NCBI GenBank assembly: GCA_034660555.1
Contig: JAYEJL010000158.1
Span: forward strand, 1 to 37,350
Direction of reading: 5' to 3'
DNA from: Thermotogota bacterium
Lineage (GTDB): Bacteria > Thermotogota > Thermotogae > Petrotogales > Kosmotogaceae
Length of the DNA stretch: 37,350 nucleotides
The translations under genes and the position numbers were made by a program. Position 1 is the stretch's first letter; the number at the start of each line of letters is the position of its first letter. Positions 1 to 9,011 of this stretch are shown one piece after another. The notes beneath the pieces are model-generated. The model saw only the letters and a program-made list of their open reading frames with translations, did not search any database and was not told where the DNA came from.

Positions 1-1572
1 CAAGCAAGAGAACATCTAATGGATGTAAAGGATAAATTATCAAGTGAAGCTCTTGAATTGGCTACTGATGCATTGTATGTGACTGAAGGTTCTGACTGGT
101 TCTGGTGGTACGGTGCAGATCAGGATGCAGGTAACAATGAAGTGCTTTTTGATAAAGCATTTAAAAGAAGCCTTATTCAACTATATAAAGTAACAGGTAT
201 AACTGAAGAAGAGATTCCACCTGAACTATTTGTGGCTAACAAAAAACCCGCTTCTCCGGAAAGTGGTGCAATCGGTGTAATAGAACCTGAAATTGATGGA
301 ATAATTGATGATGGCGAATGGGATAAAGCTGCTTATTATCGCGATAAGACAGTATCAACTATGATTTCCGGGGATGATTTAATTGCAGGTTATTATGTTG
401 GTAGAGATTCGGCAAACCTCTATCTTGCAATACAGTTGAAAAGAAATCCTGTAAGTCTAGTAGGTGAACCTTATTATTTAGAGATTTATTCAGATATTCC
501 CGGGGCAGAAGAAGTAAATGCAGGACCTCGTTATCCTCTTCCTGAAAAAGGTGACAGTTTTGGTTTTTCTCCTGCAAAACGTATGTTTGTGAGTTTCAGA
601 TCCTGGAATTCAAGACCAGGAAGAATTTCAAATTACAATGCTTCAGGAAATGGAAATTGGTCATACGATCCCAATATGCCAGCTCTTGAAAATTCTGCCG
701 CTTTTGAAGAAGTAGTTGAAGTTAAGATACCCTTTGACGCATTGGGAATAAAGACAGGTGAAAAATTCAATCTAATAGTAGCACTTTCAAATAGCAAAGA
801 AAAGAGAACAATTGATTACTGTCCCAAGGAAGGCCCAGTTATGGTTCGCATTCCTGAAGCCATAACTGGTGGAGAGATTGCTTTCTTTGACGATCCTTTG
901 GGTGACGATTACGGGTTTGGCGAATATGTATATCCCAAAAATGATGCTTTTAAACCTTTTGAGGGTTTGTGGGATATTGATACCGTGAGTGTTATTGAAA
1001 ATGAAAACTCTCTTGTATTCCAGTTAAGTTTCCCAGAAATGACAGATCCATGGAATGCTCCTAAGGGGTTCTCGCATCAGCTGATTAACATCTATATTGA
1101 CTCCAAAGAAGGTGGGCGAACAGATACTTTCTCACCAGGAGCACATGTTTCATTCTCTGAAGAACATCCATGGGATTACTTTATAAAGGCAGCAGGTTGG
1201 CCTTCATATGGTCAGGTTCTTGGGAATGCTGATGGAGATGTTATTCCTGAGGCTGTTCAGGTTGAAGCTGATCCGGGAGAAAAGGTGATTAACATAATTT
1301 TGAAAAAGGAAGCAATAGAAATAAATGATGAAATTGCTCTCTACGTATTAAGTGGAAGTCAAGATGGTTATGGATCGGATCATTTTAGGGCTGTCACACC
1401 GAAGCCTTCGGAATGGACTCTCGGAGGTTATCCAGCAGATGCGGGCGAATATGCGCCTTTTGTTCTTGACATAATTGTTCCTGAAGGATATAGCCAGGAA
1501 GAAATTTTGAGAAGCTACGATAAAAGTAAACAACAGTATCCTGTACTTGTCCCTGTGATTGTAAGATTCTGA
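1..1572 (+). CDS. GH57 amylopullulanase-type protein, C-terminal part (5' end outside the window), with DOMON-like/glucodextranase-C carbohydrate-binding domains
   Basis: Frame is open from base 1 (CAA GCA AGA GAA CAT CTA ATG). GH57 C-terminal motif EGSDWFWWYG. Then PEIDGIIDDGEW (DOMON-like) and DDPLGDDYGFGEYVYP...PWNAPKGFSHQLINIYID (glucodextranase C-like). Confidence 0.85.
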   Translation, partial: QAREHLMDVKDKLSSEALELATDALYVTEGSDWFWWYGADQDAGNNEVLFDKAFKRSLIQLYKVTGITEEEIPPELFVANKKPASPESGAIGVIEPEIDGIIDDGEWDKAAYYRDKTVSTMISGDDLIAGYYVGRDSANLYLAIQLKRNPVSLVGEPYYLEIYSDIPGAEEVNAGPRYPLPEKGDSFGFSPAKRMFVSFRSWNSRPGRISNYNASGNGNWSYDPNMPALENSAAFEEVVEVKIPFDALGIKTGEKFNLIVALSNSKEKRTIDYCPKEGPVMVRIPEAITGGEIAFFDDPLGDDYGFGEYVYPKNDAFKPFEGLWDIDTVSVIENENSLVFQLSFPEMTDPWNAPKGFSHQLINIYIDSKEGGRTDTFSPGAHVSFSEEHPWDYFIKAAGWPSYGQVLGNADGDVIPEAVQVEADPGEKVINIILKKEAIEINDEIALYVLSGSQDGYGSDHFRAVTPKPSEWTLGGYPADAGEYAPFVLDIIVPEGYSQEEILRSYDKSKQQYPVLVPVIVRF

Positions 1573-1587
1573 TAGTTGGATTATAAT
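1559..1587 (+). promoter_or_regulatory. sigma70-type promoter for tdk
   Basis: TTGTAA (1559-1564), 17-nt spacer, TATAAT (1582-1587). Confidence 0.6.
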
Positions 1588-1588
1588 A

Positions 1589-1617
1589 AATTGCGGGGTA
1601 GATGTTACCCCGCAATT
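1589..1617. terminator. Perfect 12-bp inverted repeat; terminator-like hairpin or operator
   Basis: AATTGCGGGGTA-GATGT-TACCCCGCAATT. It has no clear U-tract. Confidence 0.5.
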
Positions 1618-1633
1618 ATATTGGGAGGTGTAT

Positions 1634-2197
1634 ATGTCAGGAAAAATAACACTGATAGTGGGTCCCATGTATTCAGGTAAAACCTCAGAGCTTCTATCTC
1701 TTGTTGAAATATACGATCTTGGTAAAAAATCGTTTTTGGTTTTTAAACCATCGATAGATACCCGTTATTCAGAAGACCATATAGTAACGCACACTGGGTC
1801 CAAAGTTGAAGCTATAAGTGTCGAAAATTCTTCAGATATTGAAAGGAAATTAGATCACCTAGAAAAACCTTTGCAGGGCGTATTTATAGATGAGGTCAAT
1901 TTTTTTGATGAAGGTCTAATTGATGTTGTTAAAAAGACAATTCAAAAAGGTATAAATGTATTTTGCGCAGGACTTGATATGAGTTTTAAGTATAGACCAT
2001 TTGCTACAACGATAGGCTTGATGGGAATTGCTGATGAAGTAAAAAAGAGAAAAGCTGTGTGCAGTGTTTGTGGCGAATATAATGCAGTGTTGTCACATCG
2101 AATAAAAGAAAACGGGGAAAGCGAAATAGACATTGGAGGATTTGAAAAATATGTCGCTGTTTGCAGAGATTGCTATGAAAAACTAAATGAAATCTAA
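1634..2197 (+). CDS. tdk: Thymidine kinase
   Basis: Walker A GPMYSGKT, FKPSIDTRY, IDEVNF, zinc pairs CSVC/CRDC. SD GGAGGTG precedes ATG 1634. Confidence 0.96.
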   Translation: MSGKITLIVGPMYSGKTSELLSLVEIYDLGKKSFLVFKPSIDTRYSEDHIVTHTGSKVEAISVENSSDIERKLDHLEKPLQGVFIDEVNFFDEGLIDVVKKTIQKGINVFCAGLDMSFKYRPFATTIGLMGIADEVKKRKAVCSVCGEYNAVLSHRIKENGESEIDIGGFEKYVAVCRDCYEKLNEI

Positions 2198-2405
2198 TAC
2201 AACGATTCGTATTACGTCTACTTTAATAAACTTTAAAATTAATGTGCGTTTTATCGATTAATTATCTGTATTGATCAACTAATCGTAACTTATATTTTAC
2301 ATTCATCAGTAATAATTGCATGGGTGACAAATTTAATGAGTACAGGTATCAAGAGCACAATATGAAATATTTGGTGCTTATGTATATTGTGCTGGAGGTG
2401 TTTTT

Positions 2406-3722
2406 ATGTTTGAAGAGCTTCAAGATAAGTTAGGAAGAGCATTTAAATTACTGAGTGGAAAAGGTAGAATTACTGAAAGCAATATAAAGGAAGCAGTAAG
2501 GCAGGTAAAGATGTCACTGCTTGAAGCGGATGTAAACTATCATGTAGTAAAGAAATTTATAGATAGAGTTAAGGAAAAGGCAGTCGGTGAAGAAGTTTTA
2601 AAAAGCTTTTCTCCAGATCAGCAATTTGTAAAAATTGTCAGAGATGAATTAGTTAATATGTTGGGTGAAAGCGAAAGCTGCCTGAACACTCATGGTCATC
2701 CAACAAAAATTATGGTTGTTGGTCTTCAGGGAAGTGGGAAGACAACATCATGTGCAAAATTAGCTTTGAAATTAAGAAAAGAAGGAAAAAATCCTTTGCT
2801 GATTGCTGCTGATGTTTATCGTCCTGCTGCTATAGATCAACTAGAGCAACTGGGTAGAGAGATAAACATACCGGTATTTTCGGGCGATAGAAAGAGGCCA
2901 CTCAAGATTGTGAAAGAAGCCCAGCAAAAAGCAACCAAGGAACTCTATGATGTCTTGATAATTGACACTGCTGGAAGACTGCACATTGATGATAAAATGA
3001 TGGATGAATTAATGTCAATTGCTGAAGAAACTTCACCTCAAGAAATTCTGATGGTCATTGATGCAATGACCGGCCAGGATGCTGTTAACTCAGCAAGTAG
3101 ATTTAATGAGGTTCTGGAACTAACCGGTTTCATTGTCTCAAAACTTGATGGAGATGCTCGAGGTGGCGTCATTCTATCGATAAGAGAAGTAACGGGTAAA
3201 CCCGTGAAATTTGTTGGGATTTCAGAAAAACCAGATGGGCTTGAACACTTTTATCCAGATAGAATGGCTGGTAGAATTTTGGGAATGGGCGACATGCTAT
3301 CCCTTGTTGATAAGCTTCAGGCGAATGTTGATCAAGAAAAAGCAAGAAAGCTTGAAAAAAAATTCTCAGAGAATAAGTTTGATCTGGAAGATTTCCTCGA
3401 ACAGCTCAAAGAAATAAAAAAGATGGGTTCGCTGTCCAGTATGCTGGAGATGATTCCAGGGATGCCAAAAAACGTTGACCTTTCTTCAGGTGAGAAAAAT
3501 ATGGTATTTACTGAAGCGATAATTAACTCAATGACAATGAAAGAGAGAAGAAATCCAAAAATAATTAACTACAGCAGAAAACAGAGAATAGCAAAGGGTA
3601 GTGGCACAAGTATACAGGAAGTAAATAAGTTGTTGAAGACATACGATCAGATGAAAGCAATGATGAAAAAGTTTGGAAAAAAGGGAAAGATGCCAAAATC
3701 ATTTAAAGGACTACCATTTTAA
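2406..3722 (+). CDS. ffh: Signal recognition particle protein Ffh
   Basis: LLEADV, GLQGSGKTT, DVYRPAA, DTAGR, KLDGDARGG, Met-rich M domain with SRKQRIAKGSG. SD GGAGGTG. Confidence 0.99.
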   Translation: MFEELQDKLGRAFKLLSGKGRITESNIKEAVRQVKMSLLEADVNYHVVKKFIDRVKEKAVGEEVLKSFSPDQQFVKIVRDELVNMLGESESCLNTHGHPTKIMVVGLQGSGKTTSCAKLALKLRKEGKNPLLIAADVYRPAAIDQLEQLGREINIPVFSGDRKRPLKIVKEAQQKATKELYDVLIIDTAGRLHIDDKMMDELMSIAEETSPQEILMVIDAMTGQDAVNSASRFNEVLELTGFIVSKLDGDARGGVILSIREVTGKPVKFVGISEKPDGLEHFYPDRMAGRILGMGDMLSLVDKLQANVDQEKARKLEKKFSENKFDLEDFLEQLKEIKKMGSLSSMLEMIPGMPKNVDLSSGEKNMVFTEAIINSMTMKERRNPKIINYSRKQRIAKGSGTSIQEVNKLLKTYDQMKAMMKKFGKKGKMPKSFKGLPF

Positions 3723-3755
3723 ATAGATAAGAAAATTTCAGGAGGTGTAAGTTAA

Positions 3756-4046
3756 GTGTTAAGAATCAGATTAACCAGAATGGGAAGAAGAAACAGGCCT
3801 TTTTACAGAGTCATAGTTGTAGATTCAAGAAAGAGAAGAGATGCCGCATATGTCGATATGCTGGGTTATTATGATCCAATAAAAAATCCAGCCATCAGCA
3901 ACATTAATGAAGAAAGAGCAGTTGAGTGGATTATGAAAGGTGCAAGACCAACAGATACGGTAAGATCGATATTTTCTAAATTTGGTATTATGCAAAAAGT
4001 TCATGAGTTAAAGCTTGAGAAAAAGAAAAAAGGTGAAGATGAGTAA
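3756..4046 (+). CDS. rpsP: 30S ribosomal protein S16
   Basis: [26 protein letters not shown]...[16 protein letters not shown] start with SD AGGAGGTG. Confidence 0.98.
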   Translation: MLRIRLTRMGRRNRPFYRVIVVDSRKRRDAAYVDMLGYYDPIKNPAISNINEERAVEWIMKGARPTDTVRSIFSKFGIMQKVHELKLEKKKKGEDE

Positions 4047-4281
4047 CATGAAGGATTTTTTAGAGAAGATCTTAAAAGGAATAGTCAAGAATCCTGAAAA
4101 ATTAGAAATTTCTGAAAGAAAAGAGACAGATAACAAAATCATTTATGAGATAAGAGCTGCTGAGGAAGACATTGGACAGATCATAGGAAAAAACGGCAGA
4201 ACAATAAAATCCATAAATGTTTTATTGAATGCTTTTTCAGGAGGTACGAGCAGTAACTTCACGCTAAAGGTGATCAGGTGA
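4039..4281 (+). CDS. khpA: KH-domain RNA-binding protein (KhpA/YlqC family)
   Basis: [16 protein letters not shown]xxG KH motif. Canonical position between rpsP and rimM. Start 4039 or 4048. Confidence 0.9.
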   Translation: MSNMKDFLEKILKGIVKNPEKLEISERKETDNKIIYEIRAAEEDIGQIIGKNGRTIKSINVLLNAFSGGTSSNFTLKVIR

Positions 4282-4844
4282 GAATAACTGTTGATGCTTT
4301 ACAAAGTGATTGGATTCCTATCGCAAGGGTAATAAAACCTCATGGTGTTAGAGGTGAGGTTAAAGCTAAATTTTTCTCTGATGATGAAAGACTACTTGAA
4401 GATTTTAGTGAAGGTGTTCTATTTCGAGAAAAAGACAGGCTAATTGTGAATATAAAGATCAATAAACTGAAAAAGACCCCCAAGGGATATATTGTATCCT
4501 TTGAAGGGTTCAATGATATTGCCAACGCAGAACGCCTAAGAAATTGTATGCTTTATATTAACAAAAAGAAGTTACAAGCTACAGAGGACAACGAGTTCTA
4601 CTATTTTCAGTTAATCGATTGTGATGTTTATGATGATGGTGAAAATTTCATTGGTAAGGTAAGTGATGTTATCGAAACCGGTGCCAATGAGGTACTTGTT
4701 GTAACAAAGCAAAGTTCAAGATTTTCAACAGAAGAAGAATTAATCCCATTCACAAAAGAGTTCGTAAAGGATATCGATCTTTGTAAAAAAGCGATAGTTG
4801 TTAAAAGGCTAGTTTATGAGGAGTTGCCACCAGATGGCGAATAA
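4278..4844 (+). CDS. rimM: Ribosome maturation factor RimM
   Basis: KPHGVRGEVK, EFYYFQLIDC, ETGANEVLVV, LIPF; synteny. Confidence 0.96.
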   Translation: MRITVDALQSDWIPIARVIKPHGVRGEVKAKFFSDDERLLEDFSEGVLFREKDRLIVNIKINKLKKTPKGYIVSFEGFNDIANAERLRNCMLYINKKKLQATEDNEFYYFQLIDCDVYDDGENFIGKVSDVIETGANEVLVVTKQSSRFSTEEELIPFTKEFVKDIDLCKKAIVVKRLVYEELPPDGE

Positions 4845-5589
4845 GCAATTATCAATAAGGATTTTGACAATTTTTCCTGACATGTTTTCATCATTGCTTG
4901 AGTGGGGTGTAATCTCAAGATCTGTTGAAAATGGTATTCTGGAAATTCTACCTACTGATCTAAGGGATTTTACAGATGATAAACACAGGACGACAGATGA
5001 TTACCCCTACGGAGGAGGTAGTGGCCTTGTAATGAAGGCTTCCCCTTTTTTTAGAGCCTATGAGTCGATAACGAAGCAGGGGACCAAACCTCATGTGATT
5101 TTTACAACTCCCAAAGGGAAGTTGTTTAGCAATGATAAGGCAAAAGAACTGGCGGGAAAGGATAATCTTCTTTTTCTATGTGGTAGATACGAAGGTGTAG
5201 ACGAAAGAGTGATGACGATAGTTGATGAAGAACTATCCATAGGTGATTTTGTTTTGAGTGGTGGAGAACTTGCAACAATGGTTATGATAGATGCTATTTC
5301 CCGATTTGTCCCGGGAGTGGTGGGAGATATTCAATCAGTTGAGAAAGATTCATTTTATAATGAAATTCTGGATCACTCACATTATACGAGACCAAGAGAA
5401 GCAGAAAATTTGAAAGTACCCGATGTTTTGTTGAGTGGTAATCACGAAAAAATTGAGATTTGTCGTCGTAAAGAGAGTCTTTTAAAAACAATATTGAGAA
5501 GACCCGATTTATTTATGAAACATGATTTCGATCATATAGATAAGAAAGCACTTATGGAAATCATCAAGGAGAACATCAACAATGTTTGA
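4834..5589 (+). CDS. trmD: tRNA (guanine37-N1)-methyltransferase TrmD
   Basis: TIFPDMF, DDYPYGGGSG, LCGRYEGVDERV, SIGDFVLSGGE, YTRP, VPDVLLSGNH. Confidence 0.98.
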   Translation: MANKQLSIRILTIFPDMFSSLLEWGVISRSVENGILEILPTDLRDFTDDKHRTTDDYPYGGGSGLVMKASPFFRAYESITKQGTKPHVIFTTPKGKLFSNDKAKELAGKDNLLFLCGRYEGVDERVMTIVDEELSIGDFVLSGGELATMVMIDAISRFVPGVVGDIQSVEKDSFYNEILDHSHYTRPREAENLKVPDVLLSGNHEKIEICRRKESLLKTILRRPDLFMKHDFDHIDKKALMEIIKENINNV

Positions 5590-6148
5590 TAATCTATATG
5601 TAGCATTATTACACTACCCTGTTCTGGGCAGAAGTGGTAACATTGTATCAAGTGCTGTTACCAATCTTGATGTGCATGACATTGCTAGGACATGCAGAAC
5701 CTACAATATAAAAGGTTATTACGTGATCAGCAATTTACCTGCCCAGAGAGAGATTGTCGACAATGTGTTGAATTACTGGACAAAGGATTTTGGAAAAGAA
5801 TACAATCCAAGCAGAACAGAAGCTTTAAAAATTGTTAGGACTGCATCTTATCTTGAAGATGCTTTAGGAGAAATTGAATCACATGAAGGGAAGAGACCTA
5901 AACTTGTCTTCACTTCAGCCAAAAAAAACAAAAATATGCTTAAATATAGTCAGTTTAGAGAGACAGTTAAGAATAGCGGAGATCCAGTTGTTTTATTGTT
6001 TGGAACAAGCTGGGGCTTACCGAAAGAAATACGTGAATTATGTGATTATGCACTGGAGCCAGTAAGAAAGAATGCTACATTCAATCACCTATCGGTAAGG
6101 TCTGCAGTGACAGTAATACTTGATAGAATAATTGGAGAGAGTATCTGA
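5582..6148 (+). CDS. SPOUT-fold RNA methyltransferase, Tm1570-like (substrate unknown)
   Basis: LYVALLHYPV...VTNLDVHDIARTCRTY, LLFGTSWGL, FNHLSVRSA. Directly follows trmD, as in Thermotoga. Confidence 0.9.
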   Translation: MFDNLYVALLHYPVLGRSGNIVSSAVTNLDVHDIARTCRTYNIKGYYVISNLPAQREIVDNVLNYWTKDFGKEYNPSRTEALKIVRTASYLEDALGEIESHEGKRPKLVFTSAKKNKNMLKYSQFRETVKNSGDPVVLLFGTSWGLPKEIRELCDYALEPVRKNATFNHLSVRSAVTVILDRIIGESI

Positions 6149-6181
6149 TAATAATTCAAGAATAAATCAGGAGGGATTACA

Positions 6182-6529
6182 ATGGACAAGTATATCAGAT
6201 CAATCGAGAATGATTATGTAAGAGACGATTTACCCGAATTAAGGTCAGGCGATGCTGTTAGAGTTAATGTCAAGGTAAAAGAGGGGAACAAAGAAAGAAA
6301 CCAGTCTTTTGAAGGTGTAGTAATAAGAATAAAGGGTTCAGGAGTTCACAAAACATTGACAGTTAGAAGGATAGGGGTACTCGGAATAGGAGTAGAGAGA
6401 GTTTTTCCTGTTTCAAGTCCTTCTGTTGAAGGCATAGTACGCCTTAGAAGGGGTAAGGTAAGAAGATCCAAACTATACTATCTGCGTAACATAAAAGGAA
6501 AGATGAGAATCAAGCAGAAGAGGGGCTGA
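6182..6529 (+). CDS. rplS: 50S ribosomal protein L19
   Basis: [35 protein letters not shown]. Confidence 0.98.
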   Translation: MDKYIRSIENDYVRDDLPELRSGDAVRVNVKVKEGNKERNQSFEGVVIRIKGSGVHKTLTVRRIGVLGIGVERVFPVSSPSVEGIVRLRRGKVRRSKLYYLRNIKGKMRIKQKRG

Positions 6530-6533
6530 AATA

Positions 6534-7394
6534 GTGTCAGCCAAGGCCAAAAACACAGATAAGAACGAATCAAAAGTTACCCGGGAACTAAAAGAATGGG
6601 GTAAGGCACTGGTTTATGCAGTAATTTTTGGAACGATCATAAGATTGTTCATGTTTGAAACAATGATGGTGCCTACGCCTTCCATGGTTCCAGCTATTGA
6701 GGTTGGTGACAGACTCTTTGTAGAAAAAATTACCTATGATTTCAAGACGCCAGATTATGGTGATATTGTAGTCTTTTGGGCTCCCCACGTTGATAAACAG
6801 GCAATTGAGATGCTTAGACCCTTTGACAAATTTATGAATATGTTTTCTCCCGCAGAGTTCAAGGGTCATGTAAAGTATGTCAAGAGGTTGGTGGGAAAAC
6901 CTGGAGATACTCTCGAATTGAGAATTGCGCCTGAATATGAAGAAAGCAGGCAGACATTGCTATCACTTCCTGTAGATTCTCAGGCAAGATATCAGATTTA
7001 CATAAATGGTGAGTTAAAAGCGGAACTTAAGGCGGGAAGATATTCAAGAGTAGGAATATTTGCTGAACCGGGGTTTTACAAAGGGTTGGCTCATCCTGAT
7101 CAGGTACATTCTATATACGACGAGTATTTTAAATATTATCGACAGGTCATAGAGTACACTGATTATTATGATAAAAGTCTAAAACCCCTTGATATGGAAA
7201 AATACATCGAACAGGATCCGGCAACCAATTTTGTCAAAGTTACAATCCCTGATGGTTTTTATTTTTTTATGGGTGACAATTCGGAAAACAGTTTTGATTC
7301 AAGATTTTTTGGTTTCGTTCCGGAAAAGAATATTATCGGTGCGCCCATGTTAAGAATTTGGCATATTTCTCGATTTGGTCCCATTCAAAAATAA
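6534..7394 (+). CDS. lepB: Signal peptidase I
   Basis: N-terminal TM segment, PTPSMVP (catalytic Ser), YVKRLVGKPGD (catalytic Lys), MGDNSENSFDSRFFG. Follows rplS. Confidence 0.95.
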   Translation: MSAKAKNTDKNESKVTRELKEWGKALVYAVIFGTIIRLFMFETMMVPTPSMVPAIEVGDRLFVEKITYDFKTPDYGDIVVFWAPHVDKQAIEMLRPFDKFMNMFSPAEFKGHVKYVKRLVGKPGDTLELRIAPEYEESRQTLLSLPVDSQARYQIYINGELKAELKAGRYSRVGIFAEPGFYKGLAHPDQVHSIYDEYFKYYRQVIEYTDYYDKSLKPLDMEKYIEQDPATNFVKVTIPDGFYFFMGDNSENSFDSRFFGFVPEKNIIGAPMLRIWHISRFGPIQK

Positions 7395-7419
7395 AAACCG
7401 GGTTTAGACCCGGTTTTTT
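7393..7419. terminator. Bidirectional intrinsic terminator between lepB and tRNA-Ser
   Basis: AAAAACCGGGT-TTAG-ACCCGGTTTTTT, with A/T tracts on both flanks. Confidence 0.9.
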
Positions 7420-7506
7420 GGCGGAGGCGGTGGGACTCGAACCCACAAGGGGAATTCACCCCACCGATTTTCAAGACCGGCTCCTTGCCAGTTAGGATAC
7501 GCCTCC
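7419..7506 (-). tRNA. tRNA-Ser (anticodon TGA)
   Basis: Reverse complement GGAGGCG TA TCCTAACTGGCAAGGA G CCGGT CTTGAAA ATCGG TGGGGTGAATTCCCCTT GTGGG TTCGAGT CCCAC CGCCTCC GCCA. 88 nt, long variable arm, G73, encoded CCA. Confidence 0.97.
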
Positions 7507-7515
7507 ACAGGGTTC

Positions 7516-7544
7516 ATTATAACCCGTGTTAAAGAAGTCTTCAA
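7516..7544 (-). promoter_or_regulatory. sigma70-type promoter of tRNA-Ser
   Basis: Minus strand TTGAAG, 17 nt, TATAAT, ending 9 nt before the mature tRNA 5' end. Confidence 0.8.
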
Positions 7545-7557
7545 GAGGGCGAATTGT

Positions 7558-8334
7558 ATGAAAGATATTCAGAATGAAATGGACAACAGGAATGTTTCTA
7601 TAGATATGGTGGGAATAAGATCACTAGAATATCCTATTATTGTTCTCGATAGAAAAGAAGGAAAACAGAGTACAGTAGGACAGTTCGATCTTTTTGTAGA
7701 TTTACCACAGAATTTTAGAGGTACTCACATGTCGAGATTTGTTGAAGTACTAAACAGACATAATAAGAAGATCACACCAAAAAATATGCGTTCGATGTTA
7801 CAGGATATAAGAGATTCTCTTAAAGCAAAGGTTGCGCATATCAGTGTTTCTTTCCCTTATTTCATAAAAAAAGCAGCCCCAGTTAGCAAAATCGAAAGTT
7901 ACAGCAGATTTCATTGTTCATTCATAACAACTCTTAACAAAAGTTTCGACTTCATTTTAGAGGTCAATGTTCCTGTTATGACTGTATGTCCCTGTTCCAG
8001 AGAAATAAGCGATCGCGGTGCACATAATCAAAGAGCCAATGTGCGAGTAAAGATAAGAATGAATTCTCTGGTGTGGATAGAAGAACTAATTGAATACTCA
8101 GAAAAATCAGCCAGCGCTCCTATTCATAGTCTATTGAAAAGAGAAGACGAACGTTTCATAACAGAGCTTTCTTATGATAGACCACGTTTTGTTGAAGATT
8201 TATCTAGAGAAGTCGTTCTTCATTTACAAGAAGATAAGCGAATCGATTGGTATAGAGTGGAGGTTTCCAGTCAGGAGTCGATACACAATCATGAAGCCTA
8301 TGCCTGCATAGAAAAAGGTGGAAAATGGGGTTAA
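7558..8334 (+). CDS. folE2: GTP cyclohydrolase I type B (FolE2)
   Basis: MKDIQ, RGTHMSRFVE, TVCPCSREIS..GAHNQR, LLKREDE, FVEDLSR, ESIHNHEAYA. Confidence 0.96.
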   Translation: MKDIQNEMDNRNVSIDMVGIRSLEYPIIVLDRKEGKQSTVGQFDLFVDLPQNFRGTHMSRFVEVLNRHNKKITPKNMRSMLQDIRDSLKAKVAHISVSFPYFIKKAAPVSKIESYSRFHCSFITTLNKSFDFILEVNVPVMTVCPCSREISDRGAHNQRANVRVKIRMNSLVWIEELIEYSEKSASAPIHSLLKREDERFITELSYDRPRFVEDLSREVVLHLQEDKRIDWYRVEVSSQESIHNHEAYACIEKGGKWG

Positions 8335-8999
8335 AGGACTTTTCACCTGAGAAAAAACTGCACCATTTTTTGGAACTGCTTCTAGAATCTCCTTACAATT
8401 TGACATCAATTAAAGAGACTGAGCGGGCTTATATAAAACATGTTGAAGATGTTATCAGACCATTTAAAGAGAAAAGATTGAAAGGCTCTTTTATTGATGT
8501 AGGTACTGGTGGGGGGGTTCCAGGTTTAGTAATGGCGATTATTTTTCCTGAAACCCGATGGCTTCTGGTAGATTCTATCAAAAAAAAGATCATTGAAGTA
8601 GAACGCTTCATTCATGAGCTTGAACTTAGTAATGTGCATACAATGCGCAGCAGGGTAGAGGAGTTATCAAATAAATATAGAAAATATTTTGATGGTGCTT
8701 TCTCAAGAGCGCTGGGAAAGACCGACCTAGCGCTTGAACTGTGTGCGCCCTTTGTGAAAAAAGGAGGAAGTTGCTATATTTACAAGGGGCCCTCATGGGT
8801 AAAGGAAAAACCGAGGATAGAAAAAGCATGTTCAATTCTTGGTTTTAGTGAACCAGAGGTTGTAAATTACAGGCTAACAGATAAATCATTACGTACTTTG
8901 CTTGTTTTTGAGAAGATAAAAGGAACGCCAGAAATTTTTCCTAGACGTGTTGGAAAAGCTTTAAAAAAACCAATTGGGATATATCCAAAAAAAGTATAG
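8325..8999 (+). CDS. rsmG: 16S rRNA m7G527 methyltransferase RsmG (GidB)
   Basis: NLTSI, KHVED, DVGTGGGVPG, LVDSIKKK, SRA, YKG, FPRRVG. Confidence 0.93.
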   Translation: MGLKDFSPEKKLHHFLELLLESPYNLTSIKETERAYIKHVEDVIRPFKEKRLKGSFIDVGTGGGVPGLVMAIIFPETRWLLVDSIKKKIIEVERFIHELELSNVHTMRSRVEELSNKYRKYFDGAFSRALGKTDLALELCAPFVKKGGSCYIYKGPSWVKEKPRIEKACSILGFSEPEVVNYRLTDKSLRTLLVFEKIKGTPEIFPRRVGKALKKPIGIYPKKV

Positions 9000-9011
9000 G
9001 GTGATTTTTGT

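Noticed and set aside
5570..5595. Programmed frameshift fusing TrmD to the Tm1570-like protein
   Set aside because: The downstream gene has its own ATG and SD (AAGGAG), and there is no slippery heptamer. Ordinary translational coupling explains the overlap.
7419..7506. Possible selenocysteine or suppressor tRNA because of 'TGA' and the long variable arm
   Set aside because: The anticodon itself is UGA (reads Ser UCA), not UCA. The 7-bp acceptor stem and normal D arm fit an ordinary tRNA-Ser.
7380..7560. tRNA genes as integration sites (also 24725-24800)
   Set aside because: No integrase, no duplicated tRNA 3' end and only housekeeping neighbours. The shared GTGGGTTCGAGTCCCACCG is just the conserved T arm.
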